32,000 nt of DNA from Psychrobacter sp. DM4 (GCF_051307035.1 NZ_CP195536.1:630001-662000), one strand, 5' to 3'. Positions 8,448-18,906 are shown, counted from the first letter of the stretch. The notes: generated by a model from the sequence alone, not told the origin. Made by a program: numbers and translations.

Positions 8448-10100
8448 ATGTCAGAAGAGCTGCTAATCAATATCAGTCCCATGGAATCGCGCGTAGCAGT
8501 TTTAGATAGTGGAATACTGGGTGAGATCTATATTGAGCGTCACCATAAGCTTGGCTTAGTTGGCAATATCTATCTAGGTACGGTGGTACGCGTACTGCCC
8601 GGGATGCAAGCTGCCTTTATCGATATCGGCCAGTCGCGTACGGCGTTTTTGCATGTCAATGATATGCAGCGTTTGCCGTCAACTAATCCAAAAAAATCAG
8701 CTGGCGAGCCTATCAAAGACACCGCTGACAATACAACGGCTAATGGTAAAACCGCTAATGATAGTGGAACGCTAACAGATACCACCAAAAATAGAGCGAC
8801 TATAGCTGCAGACAGTTTAGCCATGTCGCCGCCAGTGGTGAGTGCCCGCAGCAAAGATATCACGCCAGCCTCTACCAAGGTACTTATTCAGCATCGCTTG
8901 CACGAAAGTCAGCGTATCCTTGTGCAAGTGACCAAAGATCAGCTAGGGAGTAAAGGCGCGCGCTTAACGACTAATATCTCTTTGCCCTCACGATATTTAG
9001 TATATTTACCATCAAGCGATCATATCGGTATCTCACAGCGTATTGATGGTATAGATGAGCGCAGCCGACTAAAGACTGAACTGACCTCCTTGATGCAAAC
9101 GGTCAATCTAAAAGGCGGATTAATCGCTCGTACTGCCGCTGAGCGCGTGCCTGTTGATAAACTTGAAGAGGATATCTACTATTTAGTGCAGTTGTGGCGT
9201 ACTATTTGCGCGCGTCATAAAGAGTCCACACAGCATCAAAGCTCAGAGCTGATTTATCAGGAGCTATCACTACCGATACGTGCTATTCGCGATTTAGTGC
9301 ATACCGATACCGAAAAGGTCATAGTCGATAATGTACAGATATATGAGCAAGTACGGCATTTTGCCAAATCCTTCGTACCTTTCATCTATGACCGTATTAT
9401 CCACTATACGGCAGAGCAGGCGCTATTTGATGTACACCGCGTCGAAGACGACTTGCGAGATGCGCTTAAACGCCGTGTTGATCTCAAATCAGGCGGTTAT
9501 CTGATTATTGATCAGACCGAAGCGATGACGACTATCGATGTCAACACAGGCTCGTTCGTCGGTGGACGCTCTCTTGAGGATACGGTATATAAAACCAACC
9601 TTGAGGCGACTCATGCTATCGCGCGTCAACTGCGGCTGCGCAATTTAGGCGGCATTATCATTCTCGACTTTATCGATATGTTAGAGCAAGAGCACAAAGA
9701 CGATGTGCTTGAAAGCTTACAGTCCAAGCTTGCGCAAGATTATGCGAAGACAAATATTACTCAAGTTAGCGAACTTGGCTTAGTTGAGATGACTCGTAAA
9801 CGTACTCGCGAGTCGTTAGGACAGCAACTATGTGAACCTTGTTCTACCTGCCAAGGTCGCGGCTTTGTTAAAACAGCTGAGACAGTCTGTTTTGAGATTT
9901 TTCGAGAGATTATGCGCTGCGCACGAACTTATAACTCGCCAAAGAAGTTCACGGTAGTCGCTCACGCCGCAGTTATAGATTTGCTATTAACCTCAGAGGC
10001 TGATACGGTGGCAGAGCTTGAGTATCTGCTTGGACGAGTGATTACCTTTGAAGTTGAAAACCTGTACAATCAAGAGCAGTACGATATCGTTCTTGATTAG
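8448..10100 (+). CDS. rng: ribonuclease G
   Basis: End-to-end similarity to E. coli Rng (MSEELLINISPMESRVA; GGYLIIDQTEAMTTIDVNTG; LGLVEMTRKRTRES; YNQEQYDIVL). Start ATG 8448 is preferred over 8430 by alignment. Confidence 0.95.
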   Translation: MSEELLINISPMESRVAVLDSGILGEIYIERHHKLGLVGNIYLGTVVRVLPGMQAAFIDIGQSRTAFLHVNDMQRLPSTNPKKSAGEPIKDTADNTTANGKTANDSGTLTDTTKNRATIAADSLAMSPPVVSARSKDITPASTKVLIQHRLHESQRILVQVTKDQLGSKGARLTTNISLPSRYLVYLPSSDHIGISQRIDGIDERSRLKTELTSLMQTVNLKGGLIARTAAERVPVDKLEEDIYYLVQLWRTICARHKESTQHQSSELIYQELSLPIRAIRDLVHTDTEKVIVDNVQIYEQVRHFAKSFVPFIYDRIIHYTAEQALFDVHRVEDDLRDALKRRVDLKSGGYLIIDQTEAMTTIDVNTGSFVGGRSLEDTVYKTNLEATHAIARQLRLRNLGGIIILDFIDMLEQEHKDDVLESLQSKLAQDYAKTNITQVSELGLVEMTRKRTRESLGQQLCEPCSTCQGRGFVKTAETVCFEIFREIMRCARTYNSPKKFTVVAHAAVIDLLLTSEADTVAELEYLLGRVITFEVENLYNQEQYDIVLD

Positions 10101-10226
10101 CAAAGCACATTTTATTTATAGTATACAAGTGCACAAAAATCACTTCATGGTGGTTAATACTCAGTGTGAGATGGTAATTTGTAGTCGTCTTCAAACACAA
10201 AACTGATTGTAATACTTATATTCTCC

Positions 10227-10254
10227 TTGCAATAACTTATATACTATGTATAAT
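10227..10254 (+). promoter_or_regulatory. near-consensus sigma70 promoter of the S10 operon
   Basis: TTGCAA (10227-10232), 16-nt spacer, TATAAT (10249-10254), with AT-rich upstream DNA. It lies about 265 nt upstream of rpsJ. Confidence 0.55.
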
Positions 10255-10519
10255 ACACACCACTGAATTATAAGAGCGCAGCTTAGCAAGTTGCTGGCGC
10301 TATGACAGCTAGAGCATCGTTTCTAGCACTATTTCATATGCCTTTACTGATTTCCATATTAATAGGAGATTCGGTTGGGCTTTAAACTATTTTGCTTTTG
10401 GTAGTTTTCGGTTTTAATAAAAACAGATAGCAATCTTGAGTGAATATTTATTTAAACGGCTTTTGGTCATCACCTTGTTTTGCAAGAATGATTAAAACAT
10501 ATATTAGGAGCTTGCTGGC

Positions 10520-10831
10520 ATGGCTAACCAGAGAATCCGTATTAGACTCAAATCTTTTGACCATCGTCTGATTGATCAGTCGGCGCAAGAGATTGTCGAT
10601 ACAGCAAAGCGCACCGGTGCGCAAGTTTGTGGTCCTGTACCGTTGCCGACTCGCATTGAGCGCTTCGACGTTTTAACCTCACCACACGTCAACAAAGACG
10701 CGCGTGATCAGTACGAGATTCGTACTCACAAGCGCATGGTTGACATTGTTCAGCCTACTGACAAAACAGTGGATGCGCTGATGAAGTTAGATCTAGCGGC
10801 GGGTGTTGACGTTCAAATTGCTTTGGGCTAA
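10520..10831 (+). CDS. rpsJ: 30S ribosomal protein S10
   Basis: Full-length S10 sequence ([21 protein letters not shown]...). Confidence 0.98.
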   Translation: MANQRIRIRLKSFDHRLIDQSAQEIVDTAKRTGAQVCGPVPLPTRIERFDVLTSPHVNKDARDQYEIRTHKRMVDIVQPTDKTVDALMKLDLAAGVDVQIALG

Positions 10832-10871
10832 CACACACCCAACCCATTAATAAGATATAAAGAGGTTTAAA

Positions 10872-11510
10872 ATGGCGATCGGTTTAGTCGGTAAAAAATG
10901 CGGCATGACCCGTGTCTTCACTGAAGCAGGTGCGTCTACCCCTGTAACCGTGATTGAGGTCGATGCAAACCGCATTACTCAAGTAAAAAACACAGATACA
11001 GATGGTTATCAAGCCATCCAAATCACCACAGGCACTCGTCGTGACAGCCGCGTAACCGCAGCTCAAAAAGGTCACTTCGCCAAAGCTGGCGTAAAAGCAG
11101 GCCGCGGTGTTTGGGAATTTCGTGCTAATGATGGTGATCTTGAAGGTCGCGAAATTGGCGGTGAGATCTTAGCTGACTTGTTTGAAGTAGGTCAGATGGT
11201 AGATGTCACAGGACAAAGCAAAGGTAAAGGCTTTCAAGGTCCAGTCAAGCGTCACAACTTTAGCATGCAAGATGCGACTCATGGTAACTCTGTTTCTCAC
11301 CGTGCTCATGGTTCAACTGGTCAAAACCAGTCACCGGGTAAAGTATTTAAAGGTAAGAAAATGGCAGGCCAGATGGGTAACAAACGTGTTACGGTTCAAG
11401 GCTTAGAAGTGGTCTCGGTTGATGCCGAAAAAGGATTGTTGGTCATCAAGGGTGCAATCCCTGGTGCTACCGGTGGCGATGTCATCGTGCGTCCGTCAAT
11501 CAAAGCCTAA
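10872..11510 (+). CDS. rplC: 50S ribosomal protein L3
   Basis: [18 protein letters not shown]... typical L3; operon position. Confidence 0.98.
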   Translation: MAIGLVGKKCGMTRVFTEAGASTPVTVIEVDANRITQVKNTDTDGYQAIQITTGTRRDSRVTAAQKGHFAKAGVKAGRGVWEFRANDGDLEGREIGGEILADLFEVGQMVDVTGQSKGKGFQGPVKRHNFSMQDATHGNSVSHRAHGSTGQNQSPGKVFKGKKMAGQMGNKRVTVQGLEVVSVDAEKGLLVIKGAIPGATGGDVIVRPSIKA

Positions 11511-11524
11511 GCAAGGGGATTAAC

Positions 11525-12127
11525 GTGGATTTAAAAACAGTTACAGGTGCGGCGGTTGAGCTTTCTGACACAGCGTTTGGTCGTGAATTCAACGAAGCAT
11601 TAGTGCATCAAGTCGTCACTGCTTACCTAGCAGGTGGTCGCCAGGGTACACGTGCACAAAAAACCCGTGCCGAAGTTTCTGGTGGTGGCATTAAGCCATG
11701 GCGCCAAAAAGGTACTGGTCGCGCTCGTGCAGGCTCTATTCGTAGCCCAATCTGGCGTGGGGGCGGACGTACATTTGCGGCCAAACCACAAGACTGGTCA
11801 CAGAAAGTCAACCGCAAGATGTATCGCGGTGCTATGCAGTGCATTCTTGCTGAATTAGTACGTCAAGAGCGTCTAATCTTAGTAGAAGAGATAAGTGTTT
11901 CTGCACCTAAGACCAAAGAGCTGATTGCTAAGTTAAATGATTTAGGCGCACCTCGTGCCCTTATCGTCACAACAGACATTGACGAAAATCTATACTTAGC
12001 TGCTCGCAACATTCCACATGTCAATGTACTTGGTACATCTGAAGTGGATCCAGTGAGCTTGATCGCCTTTGATAAAGTGATCATGTCAGTTGAAGCTGCG
12101 AAACAATTTGAGGAAGCACTAGCATGA
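11525..12127 (+). CDS. rplD: 50S ribosomal protein L4
   Basis: GTG start preceded by [40 protein letters not shown] matches E. coli L4. Confidence 0.97.
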   Translation: MDLKTVTGAAVELSDTAFGREFNEALVHQVVTAYLAGGRQGTRAQKTRAEVSGGGIKPWRQKGTGRARAGSIRSPIWRGGGRTFAAKPQDWSQKVNRKMYRGAMQCILAELVRQERLILVEEISVSAPKTKELIAKLNDLGAPRALIVTTDIDENLYLAARNIPHVNVLGTSEVDPVSLIAFDKVIMSVEAAKQFEEALA

Positions 12128-12474
12128 ATAACGCAAGACTTTATCAGATCCTAAGAGGACCTGTCTTCTCAGAAAAATCTCAGATGCTCGGCGACTCACT
12201 TGGTGTACAAGTATTCAAAATTGATTCTAATGCTACTAAGCTAGAAGTCAAAAAAGCAGTTGAGCTCATGTTTGAAGGTGTTGAAGTTACTAAAGTAAAC
12301 ACTTTAAATGTTAAAGGTAAGACGAAGCGTTTTGGTAAAAGCATCGGCCGTCGTAATGACTACAAAAAAGCCTATGTTACCTTAAAAGCTGGTCAAGATG
12401 TACAAATGGCTGATGCTGGTGAAGAGGTTGCAAGCGCAGCTGACTCTACTAGTGAAACAGCGAACAACGAATAA
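12124..12474 (+). CDS. rplW: 50S ribosomal protein L23
   Basis: ATGA overlap with the rplD stop. L23 core ([30 protein letters not shown]) plus an acidic C-terminal tail. Confidence 0.96.
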   Translation: MNNARLYQILRGPVFSEKSQMLGDSLGVQVFKIDSNATKLEVKKAVELMFEGVEVTKVNTLNVKGKTKRFGKSIGRRNDYKKAYVTLKAGQDVQMADAGEEVASAADSTSETANNE

Positions 12475-12485
12475 GGATTACACTC

Positions 12486-13313
12486 ATGCCTATCGTAAAA
12501 GCAAAGCCAACATCACCCGGCCGTCGTTTTGTTGAAAAAGTAGTGCATCCACACCTTTACAAAGGTCGTCCGTATGCACCGCTCCTAGAATCAAAAAGTA
12601 AGTCAGGTGGTCGTAATAATAATGGTCGTATTACTACTCGTCACATCGGCGGTGGTCATAAACAGCATTATCGTATCATCGACTTTAAACGTACTAAAGA
12701 CAATATTCCAGCCACGGTCGAACGTATTGAATACGATCCTAACCGTACTGCTCATATTGCCTTACTTAAGTACGCTGATGGCGAACGTCGTTATATCATT
12801 GCTGCCAAAAAACAAGCTGTTGGTGATACTGTGATGTCAGGTGAAACGTCACCTATTCGTCCAGGTAACTGTTTACCGCTTAAAAACATCCCTTTGGGTA
12901 CTGTGATCCATAATATCGAGCTTAAAATCGGTAAAGGCGCACAGATGGCTCGTTCTGCGGGTGCAAGCGTACAGCTACTAGGCCGTGATGGTATCTATGC
13001 AATTCTTCGTATGCGTTCAGGCGAGACTCGCCGTGTGCACGTTAATTGCCGCGCAGTTATCGGTGAAGTATCTAATACCGAAAACAACTTGAAATCACTT
13101 GGTAAAGCTGGTGCATCACGTTGGCGCGGTATCCGCCCATCAGTACGTGGTGTCGCGATGAACCCTGTTGATCACCCGCACGGTGGTGGTGAAGGTCGTA
13201 ATAAAGGTCGCCATCCAACCAGCCCTTGGGGTCAGAAGTCTAAAGGACTTAAAACACGTAGCAACAAGCGTACTGACAATATGATCATCCGCCGTCGCGC
13301 CAAGAAGAAATAA
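12486..13313 (+). CDS. rplB: 50S ribosomal protein L2
   Basis: 275 aa; GRNN.GRIT.RH.GGGHK and [15 protein letters not shown] motifs. Confidence 0.98.
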   Translation: MPIVKAKPTSPGRRFVEKVVHPHLYKGRPYAPLLESKSKSGGRNNNGRITTRHIGGGHKQHYRIIDFKRTKDNIPATVERIEYDPNRTAHIALLKYADGERRYIIAAKKQAVGDTVMSGETSPIRPGNCLPLKNIPLGTVIHNIELKIGKGAQMARSAGASVQLLGRDGIYAILRMRSGETRRVHVNCRAVIGEVSNTENNLKSLGKAGASRWRGIRPSVRGVAMNPVDHPHGGGEGRNKGRHPTSPWGQKSKGLKTRSNKRTDNMIIRRRAKKK

Positions 13314-13325
13314 AGGAAGAATTTC

Positions 13326-13601
13326 ATGCCTCGTTCATTGAAAAAAGGTCCATTCATAGACGCGCATTTGTTTGCCAAAGTTGAAGCTGCAATTGAAGCT
13401 AACTCACGCAAACCCATTAAAACTTGGTCGCGCCGCTCGATGATTTTGCCACAAATGGTTGGCCTAACTTTATCTGTTCATAATGGTCGTACTCACGTAC
13501 CTGTCATTATCAGCGAGCAGATGGTTGGTCATAAACTAGGTGAATTTGCCCCGACTCGTACATATCGTGGTCACGGCATTGACAGAAAAGCTAAGAGATA
13601 A
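13326..13601 (+). CDS. rpsS: 30S ribosomal protein S19
   Basis: [12 protein letters not shown]...HNGR.H.PV typical S19. Confidence 0.98.
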   Translation: MPRSLKKGPFIDAHLFAKVEAAIEANSRKPIKTWSRRSMILPQMVGLTLSVHNGRTHVPVIISEQMVGHKLGEFAPTRTYRGHGIDRKAKR

Positions 13602-13611
13602 GGTGCTTACC

Positions 13612-13941
13612 ATGGAAGTAACTGCAAAATTACGCGGTGCCGCCATCTCGGCACAAAAAGTTAGACTCGTTGCTGATGAAGTTCGTGGCAAGCCCATTGA
13701 GCGTGCTTTGGATATCCTAACGTATAGCAATAAAAAAGGCGCTGTCTTTGTTAAGAAATGTCTTAACTCAGCTATCGCCAATGCCGAACATAATCATGGC
13801 CTAGATATTGATGACCTAAAAGTTGCCACTATCTACGTTGATGAAGGCATTACGCTAAAACGTATCCTACCACGTGCAAAAGGTCGCGCTGATCGTATCA
13901 GCAAGCGTACCTGTCACATCACTATAAAGGTAGGAGAATAA
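13612..13941 (+). CDS. rplV: 50S ribosomal protein L22
   Basis: [27 protein letters not shown] matches the L22 N-terminus. The track ORF begins upstream at 13540, inside rpsS. Confidence 0.97.
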   Translation: MEVTAKLRGAAISAQKVRLVADEVRGKPIERALDILTYSNKKGAVFVKKCLNSAIANAEHNHGLDIDDLKVATIYVDEGITLKRILPRAKGRADRISKRTCHITIKVGE

Positions 13942-13944
13942 GTT

Positions 13945-14667
13945 ATGGGTCAAAAAGTACATCCAATCGGAATTCGTCTTGGTGTTGTCAAAAAGCATAA
14001 TGCAAACTGGTATGCTGATCCTAAACAGTACTCAGAATACCTAATCAATGACATTCAAGTTCGTGAATATCTACGTAAAAAGCTAGATAATGCTATGATC
14101 AGTAACATTGTGATCGAGCGTCCTACTGGCGCTGCTAAGATTACCATCGCCACTGCGCGTCCTGGTATTGTTATCGGTAAAAAAGGCGAAGATATCGAAA
14201 GACTTCAAAAAGAGTTGACCAAAATTATGGGCGTACCTGCTCAGGTCAATATCGAAGAAATCACGTCTCCTGATCTTGATGCACGCTTAGTCGCTGATGG
14301 TATTAGCAGTCAGCTTGAGCGCCGTGTTATGTTTCGTCGTGCGATGAAACGCGCGGTACAAAACAGTATGCGTTCTGGTGCCAAAGGTATCAAAGTTGAG
14401 TTGTCTGGCCGTCTCGGCGGTGCTGAGATCGCTCGTACAGAATGGTATCGTGAAGGTCGCGTACCATTACATACTCTACGCGCTGATATTGACTATGCAT
14501 CAGTACGTGCAGAGACAACTTACGGCACCATCGGTGTGAAAGTTTGGATCTTCCGCGGAGAAATCCTTGACGGTATGAACAGTGTTTATAATCCCGTCAA
14601 AGAAGAGCCTCGTGCGCCAAAACGCCGTGGCCGTGGTGGAAACCGTCGAAACTCAGACAGAGGGTAA
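13945..14667 (+). CDS. rpsC: 30S ribosomal protein S3
   Basis: [14 protein letters not shown]... KH domain, basic C-terminal tail. Confidence 0.98.
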   Translation: MGQKVHPIGIRLGVVKKHNANWYADPKQYSEYLINDIQVREYLRKKLDNAMISNIVIERPTGAAKITIATARPGIVIGKKGEDIERLQKELTKIMGVPAQVNIEEITSPDLDARLVADGISSQLERRVMFRRAMKRAVQNSMRSGAKGIKVELSGRLGGAEIARTEWYREGRVPLHTLRADIDYASVRAETTYGTIGVKVWIFRGEILDGMNSVYNPVKEEPRAPKRRGRGGNRRNSDRG

Positions 14668-14670
14668 ACT

Positions 14671-15084
14671 ATGTTACAGCCAAAACGTACCAAGTTTCGC
14701 AAAATGCACAAAGGTCGTAACACAGGGCTCGCTCATCGTGGAAGCACCGTTGCATTCGGACAAATTGGTCTAAAATCTTTGACGCGTGGTCGTATGACGG
14801 CTCGTCAAATTGAAGCGGCACGTCGTACCATTACACGTAAAATTAAACGTGGTGGTAAGATTTGGATTCGCGTATTTCCAGACAAACCTATTACCAATAA
14901 ACCACTCGAAGTACGTATGGGTAAAGGTAAAGGCCCTGTTGAATATTGGGTATGCGAAGTCAAACCTGGTAAAGTGCTATATGAAATCGAAGGGGTCTCA
15001 GAAGAGCTTGCTCGCGAAGCCTTAACGCTTGCAGCAGCCAAACTGCCCTTTAAAACTACCATTGTTAAGCGGACGATAATGTAA
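14671..15084 (+). CDS. rplP: 50S ribosomal protein L16
   Basis: [15 protein letters not shown] typical L16. Confidence 0.98.
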   Translation: MLQPKRTKFRKMHKGRNTGLAHRGSTVAFGQIGLKSLTRGRMTARQIEAARRTITRKIKRGGKIWIRVFPDKPITNKPLEVRMGKGKGPVEYWVCEVKPGKVLYEIEGVSEELAREALTLAAAKLPFKTTIVKRTIM

Positions 15085-15281
15085 TGAAGATCAGTGAACT
15101 ACGTGATAAATCATCAGAAGAGCTGACCCAGTTACTTGATGAAAAGCAACTAGATGCTTTCCGTATTCGTATGGCTAAAGCAACCGGTCAGTTGGGGAAT
15201 ACCCATGAAGTCAGAGGCAATCGTCGCACGATTGCTCAGATTCAGACTTTGATCAACGAGAAACAACGAGGCGACTCATGA
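15084..15281 (+). CDS. rpmC: 50S ribosomal protein L29
   Basis: 65 aa, [14 protein letters not shown]...; 1-nt overlap with the rplP stop. Confidence 0.96.
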   Translation: MKISELRDKSSEELTQLLDEKQLDAFRIRMAKATGQLGNTHEVRGNRRTIAQIQTLINEKQRGDS

Positions 15282-15553
15282 GCGAAAACAATCAAACAGC
15301 CACTAATGCTAGCGTATTGACAGGACGAGTTGTCAGCGACAAGATGGATAAGTCCATCACAGTTTTGATTGAGCGTCTGGTTCGTCATCCTTTGTATGGC
15401 AAACAGCTTCGTCGTTCTACCAAAATCAAAGCCCATGACGAAGACAATGTATGCCAACAAGGCGATCTTGTTCGCATCAAAGAGACACGTCCAATCTCAA
15501 AAACTAAGTCTTGGACTCTAGTTGATGTGGTTGAAAAAGTAGAAAAAATCTAA
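15278..15553 (+). CDS. rpsQ: 30S ribosomal protein S17
   Basis: [20 protein letters not shown]...HPLYGK typical S17; ATGA overlap with rpmC. Confidence 0.97.
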   Translation: MSENNQTATNASVLTGRVVSDKMDKSITVLIERLVRHPLYGKQLRRSTKIKAHDEDNVCQQGDLVRIKETRPISKTKSWTLVDVVEKVEKI

Positions 15554-15558
15554 GTAAA

Positions 15559-15587
15559 TTGCATAAGAAATCAGAAGCTGTTAAAAT
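15559..15587 (+). promoter_or_regulatory. candidate spc-operon promoter
   Basis: TTGCAT (15559-15564), 17-nt spacer, TAAAAT (15582-15587), in the 177-bp rpsQ-rplN spacer. This is the position of the spc promoter in E. coli. Confidence 0.5.
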
Positions 15588-15730
15588 ACCCGCCTTTTTA
15601 AGGGTGCTGATTGCGCTCGCCGTAATCACTCACTTATGAGTAAGGCGATATTTATATTAAAATGCCGTCTACTCATTCTGTGTTAGCGGCAGCAACTGGT
15701 TTTTATTGCTCATACCTGTGGAGTAACGCT

Positions 15731-16099
15731 ATGATTCAGGTTGAATCTATGCTGGAAGTTGCAGACAATAGCGGTGCAAGACGAGTTCAGTGCATTAAAG
15801 TACTGGGTGGTTCTCATCGTCGTTACGCATCTGTCGGCGATATTATCAAGATTACGGTTAAAGAAGCCATTCCTCGCGGTCGTGTTAAAAAAGGCGATGT
15901 GATGAATGCGGTAGTTGTACGCACCAAAAAAGGCGTTCGTCGCCCTGATGGTTCGGTCATTCGTTTTGATGACAATGCTGCGGTATTGCTCAATCAAAAC
16001 AAAGCACCGATTGCAACTCGTATTTTTGGACCGGTAACTCGTGAACTACGTGGTGATCAGTTTATGAAAATTGTATCCCTAGCACCAGAAGTATTGTGA
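15731..16099 (+). CDS. rplN: 50S ribosomal protein L14
   Basis: [27 protein letters not shown] matches the L14 N-terminus. The track ORF (15662) is an upstream extension. Confidence 0.98.
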   Translation: MIQVESMLEVADNSGARRVQCIKVLGGSHRRYASVGDIIKITVKEAIPRGRVKKGDVMNAVVVRTKKGVRRPDGSVIRFDDNAAVLLNQNKAPIATRIFGPVTRELRGDQFMKIVSLAPEVL

Positions 16100-16107
16100 G
16101 GTAACCC

Positions 16108-16425
16108 ATGGCTAAATTACGAAAAGGCGACACAGTTATTGTTATTGCTGGTAAAGATAAAGGCAAACAAGGCACTGTTCAAGCTGTAAAAAACGATCGT
16201 ATCAAAGTTGAAGGCATTAATATTGTCATTAAGCACCAGAAGCCCAATCAGGCGACTGGCGTTGAAGGCGGTATCTTAAAGCAAGAAGCTTTTTTACATA
16301 TCTCAAATGTCGCAATATTAAATGCGCAAACCCAAAAAGCAGACCGTATTACTTACCAGACGAATGATGACGGCGTTAAACAACGTGTCTATCGTTCAAA
16401 TGGTGAAGTTGTGGCGACTGCGTAA
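16108..16425 (+). CDS. rplX: 50S ribosomal protein L24
   Basis: MAKLRKGDTVIVIAGKDKGKQG typical L24 KOW motif. Confidence 0.97.
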   Translation: MAKLRKGDTVIVIAGKDKGKQGTVQAVKNDRIKVEGINIVIKHQKPNQATGVEGGILKQEAFLHISNVAILNAQTQKADRITYQTNDDGVKQRVYRSNGEVVATA

Positions 16426-16446
16426 GACACTAAGGGTGTAATAGTA

Positions 16447-16983
16447 ATGGCAAGATTAAAGACTTTATATAACGAAGAACTAAAGCAACAGATCAAAGAA
16501 GAACTTGGTTTGGCTAACGTGATGCAAGTACCAAAAATCACTAAGATCACACTTAATATGGGTGTGGGCGGCGCATCTCAAGATAAGAAATTACTTGAAG
16601 GTGCGGTAGCCGATATGATTGCAATTGCCGGTCAACAGCCTGTTGTTACTAAAGCTCGTAAGTCAGTTGCTGGCTTTAAGATTCGTGAAGAGTGGCCAAT
16701 TGGCTGTAAAGTAACCCTTCGCGGTGAGCAGATGTACGAATTTTTAGATCGTCTCATTGCTATTGCGATTCCTCGTATTCGTGACTTTCGCGGTTTTTCT
16801 GCTAAAGCCTTTGATGGACGTGGTAACTACTCTTTGGGTATCAAAGAGCAGATCGTATTCCCTGAAGTAGATTTCGATAAAATTGATCGTATCCGCGGTA
16901 TGGATGTAACGATTACCACGTCAGCAATTTCAGATGAAGAAGGTCGTGCGCTGCTTAAAGCATTCGGCTTCCCATTTAAATAA
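16447..16983 (+). CDS. rplE: 50S ribosomal protein L5
   Basis: 178 aa; [18 protein letters not shown] and [10 protein letters not shown] motifs. Confidence 0.98.
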   Translation: MARLKTLYNEELKQQIKEELGLANVMQVPKITKITLNMGVGGASQDKKLLEGAVADMIAIAGQQPVVTKARKSVAGFKIREEWPIGCKVTLRGEQMYEFLDRLIAIAIPRIRDFRGFSAKAFDGRGNYSLGIKEQIVFPEVDFDKIDRIRGMDVTITTSAISDEEGRALLKAFGFPFK

Positions 16984-16995
16984 GGTAAAGACGTT

Positions 16996-17301
16996 ATGGC
17001 AAAGAAGAGCATGATTAATCGCGAACTAAAACGCGAAAAAATGGTTGCTAAGTATGCTGAGAAGCGTATTAAGCTCAAAGAGACCATCAGTGATATCAAT
17101 GCAAGTGACGAAGAGCGTATGGATGCTATGTTAGAGCTACAATCTCTACCACGTAACGCATCACCAGTACGCCTACGTAATCGCTGCGCTATCACAGGTC
17201 GTCCTCATGGTTACTACCGTAAGTTTGGCTTGTCGCGCAATATGTTGCGTGAGCGTGTCATGCAAGGTGATGTACCTGGTGTTCGTAAAGCAAGCTGGTA
17301 A
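16996..17301 (+). CDS. rpsN: 30S ribosomal protein S14 (long, non-zinc form)
   Basis: 101 aa; ...[20 protein letters not shown]...PGVRKASW. Confidence 0.97.
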   Translation: MAKKSMINRELKREKMVAKYAEKRIKLKETISDINASDEERMDAMLELQSLPRNASPVRLRNRCAITGRPHGYYRKFGLSRNMLRERVMQGDVPGVRKASW

Positions 17302-17312
17302 GGAGTAATGAC

Positions 17313-17711
17313 ATGAGTATGCAAGATACTGTAGCTGACATGCTAACCCGTATACGTAACGCGCAAATGGCGAACAAAGTATCGGTTGCAATGCCAAGCT
17401 CAAAGCTACGCAAATCAATCGCTGACTTATTAGTTAACGAAGGTTACGTAGCAAACGCAACAGTTACCCAACAAGATAACAATAAGGCGACGTTGTCTAT
17501 TGAATTGAAGTATTTCGAAGGCAAGCCTGTCATCGAAACCATTCAACGTTTTAGCCGTCCTGGTCTGCGCCAGCATCGCGGTAAAGACAACATTCCTACT
17601 GTAAAACAAGGTATGGGTGTTGCCATTGTATCAACCAGTCAAGGGATCATGAGTGATCGTGCTGCGCGCGCTGCTGGTATCGGTGGTGAAATCGTTGCTT
17701 TTGTAGCTTAA
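17313..17711 (+). CDS. rpsH: 30S ribosomal protein S8
   Basis: [18 protein letters not shown]... near-identical pattern to E. coli S8. Confidence 0.98.
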   Translation: MSMQDTVADMLTRIRNAQMANKVSVAMPSSKLRKSIADLLVNEGYVANATVTQQDNNKATLSIELKYFEGKPVIETIQRFSRPGLRQHRGKDNIPTVKQGMGVAIVSTSQGIMSDRAARAAGIGGEIVAFVA

Positions 17712-17791
17712 ACTACAACTTTGATATTAGAGTCTTGATTTTTTATTTAATTACTATTCTATTATCTCAACGAACAAGTCTATTTGTACCT

Positions 17792-17833
17792 CAACAAGCT
17801 GATTCATTGATACACTCAATAATCAGCTTGTTG
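17792..17833. repeat. strong inverted repeat / stem-loop in the rpsH-rplF spacer
   Basis: CAACAAGCTGATT (17792-17804) pairs perfectly with AATCAGCTTGTTG (17821-17833). The stem is extended by ATTGA (17806-17810) / TCAAT (17816-17820) after a 1-nt bulge. Total 18 bp with a 5-nt loop and no flanking T-run. Confidence 0.8.
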
Positions 17834-18008
17834 CTATTACTAACTCCCAAAATTCTCATAAAATGATGAGTGCTTAGTAGGGTCAACTATGCTAAACTAA
17901 CACGCTTTTTAGCCTGTTAGTTTTTTCGCTATTATCTTAATTCATTACAATATGAGTCTGGATGGTAGTAGGCTAACAAAAGTTATTAATTTTTTAAGGA
18001 ATATTCCT

Positions 18009-18542
18009 ATGTCTCGTGTGGCTAAAGCCCCAGTAACCTTGCCGAATGGCGTTAGTGTTACTTTGAACGATCGGCAGGTCGAAGTGAAAGGCAAGAACGG
18101 TACTTTGTCTTTACACCTGCATGAATTGGTCGAGCTGAAACAGGAAGATGATGCTATCATTCTCTCACCTACAGTCGACTCAAAAGAAGCCATGATGCAT
18201 ACTGGCACCGTCCGCGCCTTACTTAACAACCATGTTAAGGGCGTCACTGAAGGGTTCGAGAAACGCCTTCAATTGATCGGTGTTGGTTATCGTGCTCAAG
18301 CTACTAACGATAAAGTAACCTTAAACGTCGGTTACTCACATCCAGTAGAATACACGTTGCCAGAAAGTGTGTCAGCTGAAACGCCAACGCAAACTGAAAT
18401 TGTTTTAAAATCAAACAATAAGCAGCAGCTTGGTCAAGCCGCGGCAAACATTCGCGCTTTCCGTCCACCTGAGCCTTACAAAGGTAAAGGTATTCGTTAT
18501 AGTGATGAGCACGTGATTCGCAAAGAAGCCAAGAAAAAATAA
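18009..18542 (+). CDS. rplF: 50S ribosomal protein L6
   Basis: [15 protein letters not shown]... equals the E. coli L6 N-terminus, and 177 aa is the canonical length. AAGGA lies 9 nt upstream. The track ORF (17952) is an upstream extension without a Shine-Dalgarno. Confidence 0.97.
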   Translation: MSRVAKAPVTLPNGVSVTLNDRQVEVKGKNGTLSLHLHELVELKQEDDAIILSPTVDSKEAMMHTGTVRALLNNHVKGVTEGFEKRLQLIGVGYRAQATNDKVTLNVGYSHPVEYTLPESVSAETPTQTEIVLKSNNKQQLGQAAANIRAFRPPEPYKGKGIRYSDEHVIRKEAKKK

Positions 18543-18553
18543 GGTGAGTTGAA

Positions 18554-18904
18554 ATGTTTGATAAAAAAGCAGCTCGTCTGCGTCGAGCTAAGAAAACCCG
18601 TGCACATATCCGATTTTTGGGCGTTCATCGTCTATCGGTTACTCGCACGCCAAAGCACATGTATGCCCAGATTATCTCTCCAAATGGTGGTGAAGTGATC
18701 GCTCAGGCATCTACCTTAGATGGCAGTTTGCGTTCAAGCGCAACTGGTAACGTTGATGCAGCGACATCTGTAGGCCAAATGATCGCAGAACGTGCAAAAG
18801 CAGCTGGTATTACTAAAGTTGCTTTTGATCGTAGTGGTTTCAAATATCATGGTCGAGTAAAAGCTTTAGCTGAAGCTGCTCGCGAAAATGGATTGGAGTT
18901 TTAA
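18554..18904 (+). CDS. rplR: 50S ribosomal protein L18
   Basis: 116 aa; [14 protein letters not shown]...[16 protein letters not shown]. Confidence 0.97.
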   Translation: MFDKKAARLRRAKKTRAHIRFLGVHRLSVTRTPKHMYAQIISPNGGEVIAQASTLDGSLRSSATGNVDAATSVGQMIAERAKAAGITKVAFDRSGFKYHGRVKALAEAARENGLEF

Positions 18905-18906
18905 TC

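Noticed and set aside
12397-12471. Acidic C-terminal extension of L23 of about 16 aa beyond the E. coli C-terminus (tail reads [25 protein letters not shown]); also an extra loop of about 17 aa in Maf (8040-8110) and the T/N-rich MreC tail
   Set aside because: This is the same kind of low-complexity decoration seen in several proteins of this window. It is most simply a lineage-wide compositional habit and not a locus-specific anomaly.
16827-17195. Antisense or overlapping shadow ORFs, for example 16827-17195(-), 4844-5386(-), 5474-5917(-), 218-550(-), 8570-8878(-), 13536-13781(-), 23887-24156(-), 31087-31606(+)
   Set aside because: All lie inside strongly supported conserved genes on the opposite strand or in another frame. 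They have biased low-complexity compositions and no ribosome-binding sites.
17759-17937. 9-bp direct repeat CTATTATCT (17759-17767 and 17929-17937) as a possible target-site duplication of a 161-bp MITE in the rpsH-rplF spacer
   Set aside because: I found no terminal inverted repeats just inside the two copies. A 9-mer made of A/T/C recurring once within about 300 bp of AT-rich DNA is plausibly chance.
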